Below are positions 16,318 to 24,560 of a DNA stretch of 26,696 bases, piece by piece. Every line of letters starts with the position of its first letter. The stretch's first letter is position 1. This DNA comes from Elusimicrobiota bacterium (GTDB lineage Bacteria > Elusimicrobiota > Elusimicrobia > Elusimicrobiales > UBA9959). The stretch is from contig DAIENX010000094.1 of NCBI GenBank assembly GCA_027340875.1, positions 1 to 26,696 of the forward strand, read 5' to 3'. The position numbers and the translations under genes are program-made. A model generated the notes under the pieces. That model saw only the letters and a program-made list of their open reading frames with translations, was not told the origin of the DNA and did not search any database.

Positions 16318-18446
16318 TAACCCCCCTTTACGACTACCTTCCCGTTCTCGTCCTTGGCCAGGTTCTTCGGGATGGAGAAGATGAACTTCGCGCCCTGCCC
16401 CGGGGGCGACTCCACCCAGACCCGCCCGAGGTGGGCGGAGGCCACGTACTTGCAGATCGTGAGGCCCAGGCCGGTGCCGCCGGCCTTCTGCCCCTTGACC
16501 TGCTCGAACTTCTCGAAAACCTTGTCCAGGTATTCAGACGGGATGCCGTCCCCGGTATCGCGTACCCAGGCGGTTATATGGTCCCCGTCGTCCGAGAGGC
16601 CGGTGGTTATGGTCCCGTCCTCCGGGGTGAACTTGATGGCGTTACCTATCAGATTGGTGAACATGCGCTCAATAAGGCCGGAGTCTCCGTTTATGACCAG
16701 GTTCTCCGCTCCCTCGAGCTCGAACTTTATGTTCTTACGCTGCCCCAGCGACTCCAGCAGGGAATTCACGCGCGCCGCGACGTCGCGCAGGTTCACGGGC
16801 GCCAGCGAGATCTCCATCTTGCCGGCCTCCATCTTGGCGGAATCCAGGATATTGTTGATCATGCCGAGCAGCCGGAAGGCCGCGCGGTCGATAGAGACGA
16901 GCATCTTCCGTTGCCCGTCGTTGATGGGACCCGGGATCTCCTTCAGCATGAACTCCACGAAGCCCTTGATGGCGCCCATCGGGTTGCGCAGGTCGTGCGT
17001 TATGGAGTGAAGGAACTCGTCCTTCATCTTGGCCAGCTGCTTGTCGAGCGTGATGTCGTAGAAAGCTATCAGGCGCCCTATGGGCCTGTCATGACCGGGG
17101 GCGACTATCGGGGTAGCGAAGCATTTGAAGAAGCGCTCCGAGGTCTCCTGCACCAGCTGCAGTTCCCGCGAGTAGTTTTCCTTCTCGCTCTTGAAGACGT
17201 CTATGACCGGCTCCAGCACCGCCTCTGAGGTGATCAGCTGCTCGAGGAACTTCCCCTCCACCTGCGCGTCCTGCGCTATGCCCAGGACCGAGCGGGCCTT
17301 GCGGTTGGCGACCTGCGCCTTCCCGTAGACGTCGGCCATCAGGATGCCGTCCTCGGTGGAGAACAATATCGCCTCGGTGTTCTTCTGTTCGCGTATGATG
17401 CGGTCCACCTGCATGTCGGAGTAGGTCTTGAGCTGCGTGACCATCTTGTTGAAAGTGTCGGCCAGGTCCCGCAGCTCGTCCGAGGTGTTCACCTCGGCCT
17501 TGCGGGTGAAGTCCCCTCCGGCCACGAACTCGGCCGCGCGCGTAAGCGCCGTTATCGGCTTGGTGAGGCTGCGGCTCATGAACCAGCCGGCGGCGGAGGC
17601 CAGGACCAGGAAGAGCAGCATCACGTAGACGGCCTGCGACCGCATGAACATCGCGTACTTGTAGGCCCCCTCCTGCGGCTGCACGACCAGCACGGCGCCT
17701 CCCAGCTCCGGGATGGGAGAGAAGGCGCCCAGCATCGCGCGGCCGTCGGCCCCCGTGAACTCTGCCGAAGCCGAGGCCACCGCCTTGGCGGCGTTGGAGG
17801 AGATCTCCAGCCCGGCGAAGGCATGAGCGGCGGCCGACGAAATGTCGGCCGGCCAGGCCAGCGGCCTGCCGGAGGAATCCAGGATAAGCGGAAAGCCCTC
17901 CGCCCCCACTCGCTTAAGGTCCAGGGTGTTGATAAAAGCCGGCAGGTCGAGCTCGGCGCGCAGAGCCATGTCCTTGCCGAACGGATAGTAAAGCACGGCC
18001 GCGCCGGTCTTCTGGTCCACGGAAAGGTGGCGGGAACCGCCGCGGGCCGCCTTGAACCCGGCTGAAGCCGGGTAGCGCTTGAGCTCCGGGTCGCCGCCGC
18101 CGAAAGGCGAGAGCACCTTTATGACCTCTGAGCCGTCCCTGGAGAGCACGGAAAGCTGCTTTATCTCCGGCCGCGTTTCCAGCAGGGAGGTAAGCAGCGT
18201 CTGCTTGTTCTCCCAGTCCATCTTGGTCATCGCGTTCATGACCGTCCGGAGCGCGGCGTCGGCGCTCCGGATATAGGACTTGAAGTCGGAGGAGATCTTG
18301 TCGGCCGTGGCCAGGTTGAGCTCCATGATGGCGGTGCGCACGCCGAGCTGTCCAAGGCCTATAAGCCTGATGCCCAGCAGCGCGATCGGCAGCACGGAGA
18401 CCAGGGCCATCACGGCCACGAATTTATGGAGCAATCTGAATCGCAT
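16317..18446 (-). CDS. Membrane sensor histidine kinase (Cache-like sensor, HAMP, PAS, HisKA, HATPase)
   Basis: Two TMs, HAMP (PI..L…A..VA.GDF…DEL.DLA.TFN.M), H-box THDLRNP, N-box NLIGNAIKF, G1 DTG.GI and G2 GTGLGL. Confidence 0.95.
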   Translation of the reverse strand: MRFRLLHKFVAVMALVSVLPIALLGIRLIGLGQLGVRTAIMELNLATADKISSDFKSYIRSADAALRTVMNAMTKMDWENKQTLLTSLLETRPEIKQLSVLSRDGSEVIKVLSPFGGGDPELKRYPASAGFKAARGGSRHLSVDQKTGAAVLYYPFGKDMALRAELDLPAFINTLDLKRVGAEGFPLILDSSGRPLAWPADISSAAAHAFAGLEISSNAAKAVASASAEFTGADGRAMLGAFSPIPELGGAVLVVQPQEGAYKYAMFMRSQAVYVMLLFLVLASAAGWFMSRSLTKPITALTRAAEFVAGGDFTRKAEVNTSDELRDLADTFNKMVTQLKTYSDMQVDRIIREQKNTEAILFSTEDGILMADVYGKAQVANRKARSVLGIAQDAQVEGKFLEQLITSEAVLEPVIDVFKSEKENYSRELQLVQETSERFFKCFATPIVAPGHDRPIGRLIAFYDITLDKQLAKMKDEFLHSITHDLRNPMGAIKGFVEFMLKEIPGPINDGQRKMLVSIDRAAFRLLGMINNILDSAKMEAGKMEISLAPVNLRDVAARVNSLLESLGQRKNIKFELEGAENLVINGDSGLIERMFTNLIGNAIKFTPEDGTITTGLSDDGDHITAWVRDTGDGIPSEYLDKVFEKFEQVKGQKAGGTGLGLTICKYVASAHLGRVWVESPPGQGAKFIFSIPKNLAKDENGKVVVKGG

Positions 18447-18463
18447 AAGGCCTTACATTAAGG

Positions 18464-18472
18464 ATTATAGCA
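18464..18472 (-). promoter_or_regulatory. Extended -10 promoter for the kinase-murC operon
   Basis: TGCTATAAT on the minus strand, 17 nt before the kinase ATG. Confidence 0.65.
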
Positions 18473-18490
18473 GATGACGCGCAGGCGGCG

Positions 18491-19102
18491 TCAGGGGAGG
18501 CCGGCCGGGAAGCGCTTCAGCAGCTCCGGCAGGATGTTCCTGAGCGCGGCCGCCCGGTGGCTTACGGCGTTCTTCTCCTCCTCGCGGAGCTCCGCCAGGG
18601 TCCTCGAACCCCCGGCGGGCTCGAAAAGCGGGTCGTAGCCGAAGCCGTTCGCGCCGCGGGGCAAGCCGGTTATCCGCCCCTCCAGCGTCCCCCTGGCTGT
18701 CACGACCTCTCCGGAGGGAGAGGCCAGGGCGACCACGCAGGCGAAACGCGCGGTCCGCCGCTCCGGCGGCAGGCCGGCCAGCTCCGTAAGCAGTCTGGCG
18801 CTGTTGCGGGCGGGATCGGCCTCCTCGCCGGCGTAGCGCGCTGAACGGACTCCGGGAGCGCCGTTGAGCGCGTCCACCTCCAGACCGGTGTCGTCGGCCA
18901 GCGCCCACGACCCGGTGAACCTGGCCGCGGCGAAAGCCTTCTTCACGGCGTTATCCAGCAGGGTGGCGCCGTCCTCCTCGGCAGGCGCGGCGCCAGGGAA
19001 ATCGGACAGAGCTTTAAGCTCGGCCGGAAGCCCCGGCAGTATCGCGCGTATCTCGCGCAGTTTATGAGAGTTGAAGGTCGCTATTACCAGGGTCCTGTCC
19101 AT
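18491..19102 (-). CDS. rdgB: Non-canonical purine NTP pyrophosphatase (RdgB/HAM1)
   Basis: AT.N.HK..E, ADDTGL.V.AL.GAPGV.SAR, GFGYDPLF and KN..SHR motifs. Confidence 0.96.
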   Translation of the reverse strand: MDRTLVIATFNSHKLREIRAILPGLPAELKALSDFPGAAPAEEDGATLLDNAVKKAFAAARFTGSWALADDTGLEVDALNGAPGVRSARYAGEEADPARNSARLLTELAGLPPERRTARFACVVALASPSGEVVTARGTLEGRITGLPRGANGFGYDPLFEPAGGSRTLAELREEEKNAVSHRAAALRNILPELLKRFPAGLP

Positions 19103-19137
19103 AAGCGGGGCGCGGTCAAAACCGGGGGCAAATATAT

Positions 19138-19143
19138 TAGAAT
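19138..19143 (+). promoter_or_regulatory. Candidate -10 element directly before the GTG at 19150
   Basis: TAGAAT-N6-GTG in the AT-rich divergent region, with an overlapping TATAAT at 19143-19148. No SD. Confidence 0.5.
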
Positions 19144-19149
19144 ATAATC

Positions 19150-21687
19150 GTGGCGGACAACTCGAATCTTAACATTTTTGAAGGCGCGGCGGGACGCTTC
19201 CAGGAAGCCCTCCCGCTCTTCTCCGGCATACAGTCCATGGCCCTGCCGGTCCGCGCCGAATCCGACGGGACCACGGGCTTCTTCACGCTAGCGGAAACGA
19301 ACTCGGACGGCAGACCCGCCCTGGCGGCCTTCACCAGCGAAGCGCTTCTCCATCCGCCTTTCATCAGGCAGGATTCCTCCGAGACCGCGCTGCTGTTCTT
19401 CCACGCCCCGCACCACGACCTGTTCATCTTCAATCCCGATCACCCGCAGGTCCGCTCCGGACGGCTTTCCCCGCTGAGTTGTTCCCGGAAGGAGATCTCG
19501 CTGCTGGCCGGATTCATCAGGTCGTCGGCCGCCGCCGCCGGAGATCCCGCCGGGTCCGGCGACGCGGAATTCTCTGCGGGGAACCTGCACTCGGCCCATT
19601 ACCTTTACGCGGCCTCGCTTCAGCGCAACCCGGTCTCCAGGTCCAAGTACCGCCTGTGCGCGACCCTCGTGGAGCTGGGACTGCTGCAGGAAGCCTACGA
19701 CCTGCTGAGCGGCGACGCCGACCCGGAAGCCAGACTGTGGCTTGCGGTAGTGTATCGCAGGACCGGGGATACGGCGCAGGCCCGTGCCCTCCTCTCCGAC
19801 CCGGCGATCTCGACCAATTTCGCGGAGCGCCTGCAGATCGAGACGGCCTGGCTGGACATCGAGGAGGGGCGAGAGGAGAACGCGAGAAAGACCTTCGCCA
19901 GGCTCTCTTCCTCCGCTTTCGACAAGGCCGAGCCGCTTTCCGGCCTGGCGGCAGCCACCGCCAAGGCGGCCTTCAAGACCAAGGACAGAGGGCTGCTGTC
20001 TTTCGCGGTATCAACCCTGAAGTCCGCGCTGGTCTCCCCTTCCCACGCTTCGGCAAGGATCTTCTCACAACTGGGAGCCCTGTATTTCCGCACCGGGGAC
20101 ATACCGCAGGCGGAGAACAGCTATCGCCGCGCCGCCGCCCTTGCCCCGTCCATAGAATCGCTGGCGAACCTGGCGATGACCCTCGTGAAAGCGGGCAAGT
20201 TCGCCGAAGCCGCGGCGGTGACGTCCCGGGTAGCCCTGACCGACACGGCCACCGCCAGGCGTCTGGCCGCAGGCTTCCCGAAAGAGAAAGGAGAGGAGCT
20301 TTTCAAACTACAGCAGGCCCAGGCGCCGGCACAGCAGCAAGCCGCGCCGACCCCGGAGCCGGCGCCATCAGCGCCCACCGCCCCTACTAAACCCCAGGCG
20401 GCGACCACTCCAGGGGAACAGAACATCCCGCCGGCCTTCCGCAAGCCGGCCCAGGCCTCCGCAACGGCCGCGGACCAGAACGTGCCGCCGGCCTTCCGCA
20501 AGCCAGCCCAGGCCTCTTCCGGAGCTCCCGAACAGAACGTCCCGCCGGCTTTCCGTCGGGACCAGCAGGTGCCGCCGGGCATAGCCGCGGCCGCGGAAAG
20601 CTTCCAGTCCACGAAAAAGAGCGGGGAAACTGACGATCAGGCGTCGCTGGCTCCTGCGCAACCACGCGACGCCTCCGTCTCAGGCAGGTCCAAGCAGACG
20701 CCGCCGTCCACAACGCCGCCGTCCCAGGCCCCGGCCCCCGCGCCGGCCAGGAAGGAGCCGCCTGGAATAAAGATCGAGACCTTCCGGGACGTGATGGCAG
20801 GCAATGCCGTGATGACCGAGGCAGAGAGCAGGCAGGACGAGTTCATCTCCAGGGCCTTTCGCCTTGCCTCGGACCTGGAGGACGAGCTGGGCCGCAAGGT
20901 CTACTTCAACCTGGACGGCCTGACAGAGGTGGAACGCCGGCTCAGGCTGCAGTTCCTGAAGGGCAAGGCCGACCCGCAGCGCAACATAGAGACCGTGAAG
21001 GACTGCGCGGCCTTCCTGTGCTATTTCCTGCAGGAACGGCATAAGGGCCGGCTGCTCAAGCTTACGGATTTCGACCCGTGGGGCTGGCCCATGATATTCG
21101 AACTTCCTTCGCGCAAGTTCACCACCTATCCTATACAGAGGACCTGGCGCCTGCTCTGGGAAGAGACCGTGCCGGAGCCTGGCTGGGTCCCTAAGTACGC
21201 CTCCTGGGTAGCGGACAAGATAAAGGAGACGACGACGCCCGCCAGCGGGGCGGCGGCGGCCAGAGCAAAGGTGATGAGCAATCCCGAGAGACTGGCGGAC
21301 ACGCAGGCCGAGCACCGGCGGATGCTGATCCTTGCCTCCTCCCTGGGCGAGGCTTCCGGCATCGAGATCTCCCGCTCCGGGATACGCAAGCTTGAAGCCG
21401 CCATCAAGACAAATTTCAAGCCAAACGTCCCGCCCACTTCCGACGGCTGGAAGCTGCTGCGCTGCTACGGGCATATCCTGGCCGCCATACTGATCAAGGA
21501 GTTCAAGGCCCACTGGTACAACACCGACGGCGAGGACGGCGGCTGGTCCATACGCCTGCCGTGGAACACCTGCGTCTTCCCGCTGGGCAAGGTATACAAG
21601 ACCGCCTCGCTGAGGGACGACCTTACCGTTTTCCTGGAGACGCTGGAGGCGGAAAAGCTCAGGATGCACGGACCCACACCTCAATAG
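19150..21687 (+). CDS. Multidomain protein: SseB-like N-terminus, TPRs, Pro/Ala/Gln linker, two DUF3806-like C-terminal repeats
   Basis: DGRPALAAFTS…IFNP (SseB-like), TPR-like helices, a low-complexity linker and duplicated C-terminal units. The 845-aa ORF has host-like codon use. Domain names are by eye. Confidence 0.7.
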   Translation: MADNSNLNIFEGAAGRFQEALPLFSGIQSMALPVRAESDGTTGFFTLAETNSDGRPALAAFTSEALLHPPFIRQDSSETALLFFHAPHHDLFIFNPDHPQVRSGRLSPLSCSRKEISLLAGFIRSSAAAAGDPAGSGDAEFSAGNLHSAHYLYAASLQRNPVSRSKYRLCATLVELGLLQEAYDLLSGDADPEARLWLAVVYRRTGDTAQARALLSDPAISTNFAERLQIETAWLDIEEGREENARKTFARLSSSAFDKAEPLSGLAAATAKAAFKTKDRGLLSFAVSTLKSALVSPSHASARIFSQLGALYFRTGDIPQAENSYRRAAALAPSIESLANLAMTLVKAGKFAEAAAVTSRVALTDTATARRLAAGFPKEKGEELFKLQQAQAPAQQQAAPTPEPAPSAPTAPTKPQAATTPGEQNIPPAFRKPAQASATAADQNVPPAFRKPAQASSGAPEQNVPPAFRRDQQVPPGIAAAAESFQSTKKSGETDDQASLAPAQPRDASVSGRSKQTPPSTTPPSQAPAPAPARKEPPGIKIETFRDVMAGNAVMTEAESRQDEFISRAFRLASDLEDELGRKVYFNLDGLTEVERRLRLQFLKGKADPQRNIETVKDCAAFLCYFLQERHKGRLLKLTDFDPWGWPMIFELPSRKFTTYPIQRTWRLLWEETVPEPGWVPKYASWVADKIKETTTPASGAAAARAKVMSNPERLADTQAEHRRMLILASSLGEASGIEISRSGIRKLEAAIKTNFKPNVPPTSDGWKLLRCYGHILAAILIKEFKAHWYNTDGEDGGWSIRLPWNTCVFPLGKVYKTASLRDDLTVFLETLEAEKLRMHGPTPQ
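20416..20556 (+). repeat. Intragenic 57-bp tandem repeat (about 2.5 copies)
   Basis: Units start at 20416, 20473 and 20530 and encode EQNIPPAFRKPAQASATAA / DQNVPPAFRKPAQASSGAP / EQNVPPAFR. Confidence 0.9.
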
Positions 21688-21698
21688 GACCTTTGCCC

Positions 21699-21727
21699 TT
21701 GATTGGGGTGCAAGTTTTCGGCATAAT
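21699..21727 (+). promoter_or_regulatory. Candidate sigma70 promoter for the C11 peptidase-hpnD-dcd-TPR run
   Basis: TTGATT-N17-CATAAT, with a GGAGA SD before the ATG at 21764. Confidence 0.6.
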
Positions 21728-21763
21728 TAATTAAACATCTCGAAGTTCCGCAACGGAGAATCG

Positions 21764-23128
21764 ATGCTATTACAGTTTCTCTCGCACCTGTTGATAACCG
21801 CCGCCGTCGCGTCGCCCGCGCTGGATTCCCTCCCTCAGGCCGCGCAGCCGCCGGCCGTCCAGGCGCCCGCCCCGCAGGCCGCGCCCTCCAGGGAATGGAC
21901 CGTGATGGTCTACATGAACGGCAAGAGCAACATAGAGCCTTTCGCGCTTACGGACCTTAACCGCTTCGAGACCGTCGGGTCCGCCGATAAGGTGGCCATA
22001 GTGGCGGAGATAGGCCGTTCAAAAGGGCTCGACAACGACACCACGGCCGACGGCGACTGGGCCGGAGTGCGACGCTATTACGTGACGAAGGACGCCGACC
22101 CGGACCATATCGCCTCGCCGATGCTGGCCGATTTGGGCAGCCCCGACATGGGAGACTGGAAAGAGGCCGCCGCTTTCGTGAAATGGGCCAAAGCGGCCTA
22201 CCCGGCAAAGAAGTACCTGTTCATAATCTGGGACCACGGCTGGGGCTGGCTCGACCCGGTGCGGCCGGGCCAGAACCACGTAGAGGACGGCGACAAGTCC
22301 ATCTCGCACGATTTCGTGACCGGCAACTACATAGGCACCCGCCAGATGGGCCGCATCTTCCGCGAGGCCGGCAAGGTGGACATGTACGTCTCTATGGCCT
22401 GCTTCATGCAGATGGCCGAGGTGGCCTACGAGATCAAGGACGGCGCGGACGTCCTCGTGGGCGCGGAGGAGGTCATACAGCTGCCAAGCCTCAACTGGGA
22501 GGGCTTCCTGGCCCTGCTGGACGCCAACCCTTCCGCCGGGCCGGAGACGGCCGGCGCCTACATGGTGGACGCTTTCCGCGAGATGTACTCGCGGCCCGAC
22601 ATGCAGGACCTGCTCGCGCAGGGCGGCTACGGCACGCAGCTTTCGGCCGTGCGCGGTTCCAAAATGCGCGCGCTCGCGAAAAAACTGAAGGACTGGTACA
22701 CGCTCGAGATGTCCGCCAGTGACAACCAGGCGCTCGCGAAGGCGAAGGCGGACGTGGTGCGCTTCGAGATAGGCGACGCGCAGACGGACCCGGAGAAGCG
22801 CATAGCTTTCTACGGAGACCTTCACCACTTCGTGGAGCTGGCGGTGCGCTACGCCGACCCCTCCAGGCCAGGGGCTGCCGGGGCCAAGGCCGCCGGGCAG
22901 GAGCTGAACAGATTCATCGATACTGAGCTGGTGATAAAGAACGCGGCGCTGGGTAAGGACCGCACCGGCAAGGATTTCTCCTCGGTCAGGGGGATCTCGA
23001 TAGACATCCCCGGCAAGCCGGGCTCGCTGATAGAGTATTACCCCACCTACTCCCGCCTGCTCTTCGCGAAGGACAGCGGGTGGGAGGATTTCATGAAATA
23101 CCTCGACGGCATAGCCGACGCCAGGTAA
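21764..23128 (+). CDS. Clostripain-related cysteine peptidase (family C11), probably exported
   Basis: EWTVMVYM.G, DMGD, YPAKKY..IIWDHG.GW (catalytic His), ACFM..AEVAYE (catalytic Cys) and GISI motifs. Confidence 0.9.
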   Translation: MLLQFLSHLLITAAVASPALDSLPQAAQPPAVQAPAPQAAPSREWTVMVYMNGKSNIEPFALTDLNRFETVGSADKVAIVAEIGRSKGLDNDTTADGDWAGVRRYYVTKDADPDHIASPMLADLGSPDMGDWKEAAAFVKWAKAAYPAKKYLFIIWDHGWGWLDPVRPGQNHVEDGDKSISHDFVTGNYIGTRQMGRIFREAGKVDMYVSMACFMQMAEVAYEIKDGADVLVGAEEVIQLPSLNWEGFLALLDANPSAGPETAGAYMVDAFREMYSRPDMQDLLAQGGYGTQLSAVRGSKMRALAKKLKDWYTLEMSASDNQALAKAKADVVRFEIGDAQTDPEKRIAFYGDLHHFVELAVRYADPSRPGAAGAKAAGQELNRFIDTELVIKNAALGKDRTGKDFSSVRGISIDIPGKPGSLIEYYPTYSRLLFAKDSGWEDFMKYLDGIADAR

Positions 23129-23140
23129 CCGGAGGGAAGC

Positions 23141-23980
23141 TTGGCGCAAACGGGCGGCTGCAACCATGAAGCGGGCTCTTCGTTCAGGCCCGCTTTCTTC
23201 TTCCTCGACGGGGAGCAGCGCCGCGCCCTCTCGGCGTACTACGGTTTCGCGCGGGCCGCGGACGACATAGCCGACGATCCCGCCTCCCCCGCCGGGGAGA
23301 AACGCGCGCGCCTGGCCGCGTGGCGCGCCGGCATCGAAGGCCTTTTTTCCGGCAACCCGCCGGACACCCCGCTTGCCCGCGACCTCGCCGGCGCGATAGC
23401 CGCCTTCCCGCTGAAGAAGGAGCATTTCCTGCTGGTGCTGGAGGGAGTGGAGTCGGACATCTCCCCCTCCCAGCCCCGGACGCTGGCCGAGCTGCAGCAT
23501 TACATGTACCGGGTCGCCTCCGCCGTAGGGCTGGCCTGCCTGGCGGTGTTCCGCTACGAGGACGAGAAGGCGCCGCAGCTGGCCGAACAGCTCGGCTACG
23601 CCGTGCAGCTGACGAACATACTGCGCGACGCGGCCGAGGATTACGCCGTCGGGCGGGTCTACCTCCCCTCCGAGGACCTGGCCCGGTTCGGCTGCCGGCC
23701 GGAAGACCTCGGCGGTTCCAATTACGTGGCCAATTTTATAGAATTGATGAAATTCGAGGCCGCCCGGGCAAGGGACTTCTACGCCGGGGCGCTCGCCCTG
23801 GCCGCGCCGGGGCACAAGAGAAGGCTGCTGCCGGCGCTGGTGATGGGCGCGCTCTACCGCGAGCTCCTGGAGAAGCTGGAGCGGGGCGGCTTCCGGATCA
23901 AGGCAGGGCGGGTCCGGCTCACCCGCGCGCAGAAGGCGAAGGCGCTGCTCAGGGCTGCGCTGGACTATTGGAGAATCTGA
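23141..23980 (+). CDS. Squalene/phytoene synthase family protein (HpnD/CrtB-like)
   Basis: TTG start with [28 protein letters not shown] and [10 protein letters not shown]…GRVYLP motifs. Confidence 0.92.
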   Translation: MAQTGGCNHEAGSSFRPAFFFLDGEQRRALSAYYGFARAADDIADDPASPAGEKRARLAAWRAGIEGLFSGNPPDTPLARDLAGAIAAFPLKKEHFLLVLEGVESDISPSQPRTLAELQHYMYRVASAVGLACLAVFRYEDEKAPQLAEQLGYAVQLTNILRDAAEDYAVGRVYLPSEDLARFGCRPEDLGGSNYVANFIELMKFEAARARDFYAGALALAAPGHKRRLLPALVMGALYRELLEKLERGGFRIKAGRVRLTRAQKAKALLRAALDYWRI

Positions 23981-23981
23981 C

Positions 23982-24560
23982 ATGCTTAAACCCGATTCCT
24001 GGATACGTGAGATGTGCCGCAGGAGGAGGATGATCTCCCCCTACGTCGAGGGGCTGGTCGCGAAGGGCAGGGTCTCCTACGGCCTGTCCTCCTACGGTTA
24101 CGACATCCGCGTCTCCGACGAGTACAAGGTCTTCACCGACGTGCACAACTGCGTCGTGGACCCGAAGGCCTTCAACGACAAGTCCTTCGTGGACATCGAG
24201 GCGCCGTACTGCATAGTCCCCGCCCATTCCTTCGCGCTGGCCCGCTCGGTCGAATACTTCCGCATCCCGCGGGGCGTCATAGGCCTCTGCATCGGCAAGA
24301 GCACTTACGCGCGCTGCGGCATCGTCGTGAATATCACGCCGCTCGAACCGGAGTGGGAAGGCCACCTGACGCTCGAGATATCCAACACCACGCCGCTGCC
24401 GGCCAAGATCTACTCCAACGAGGGCATAGCCCAGCTGGTCTTCCTGGGTGCCGAGGACGAGTGCGAGATCTCCTACAAGGACCGCAAGGGCAAATACCAG
24501 GCGCAGCGCGGCGTCACGCTGCCGCGAATACTCAATCCGGCGGGACGGTCGCGAAGATAA
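23982..24560 (+). CDS. dcd: dCTP deaminase
   Basis: [35 protein letters not shown] and SY.DR.GKYQ motifs. Confidence 0.96.
   Translation: MLKPDSWIREMCRRRRMISPYVEGLVAKGRVSYGLSSYGYDIRVSDEYKVFTDVHNCVVDPKAFNDKSFVDIEAPYCIVPAHSFALARSVEYFRIPRGVIGLCIGKSTYARCGIVVNITPLEPEWEGHLTLEISNTTPLPAKIYSNEGIAQLVFLGAEDECEISYKDRKGKYQAQRGVTLPRILNPAGRSRR

Noticed and set aside
18453..18458. ATG-TAA start-stop element in the short kinase leader (minus strand)
   Set aside because: It begins only 5 nt after the -10, so it may not be fully transcribed, and it arises easily by chance in AT-rich DNA.
20416..20580. Direct repeats as a possible CRISPR array
   Set aside because: They are in-frame, degenerate at third codon positions, inside a CDS, lack unique spacers of CRISPR length and have no cas genes nearby.
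24014..24559. 182-aa N-terminal extension of the TPR ORF, or a dcd-TPR frameshift fusion
   Set aside because: It overlaps dcd out of frame. A signal peptide starts at the TAATG-coupled ATG 24560, and no slippery site was seen.
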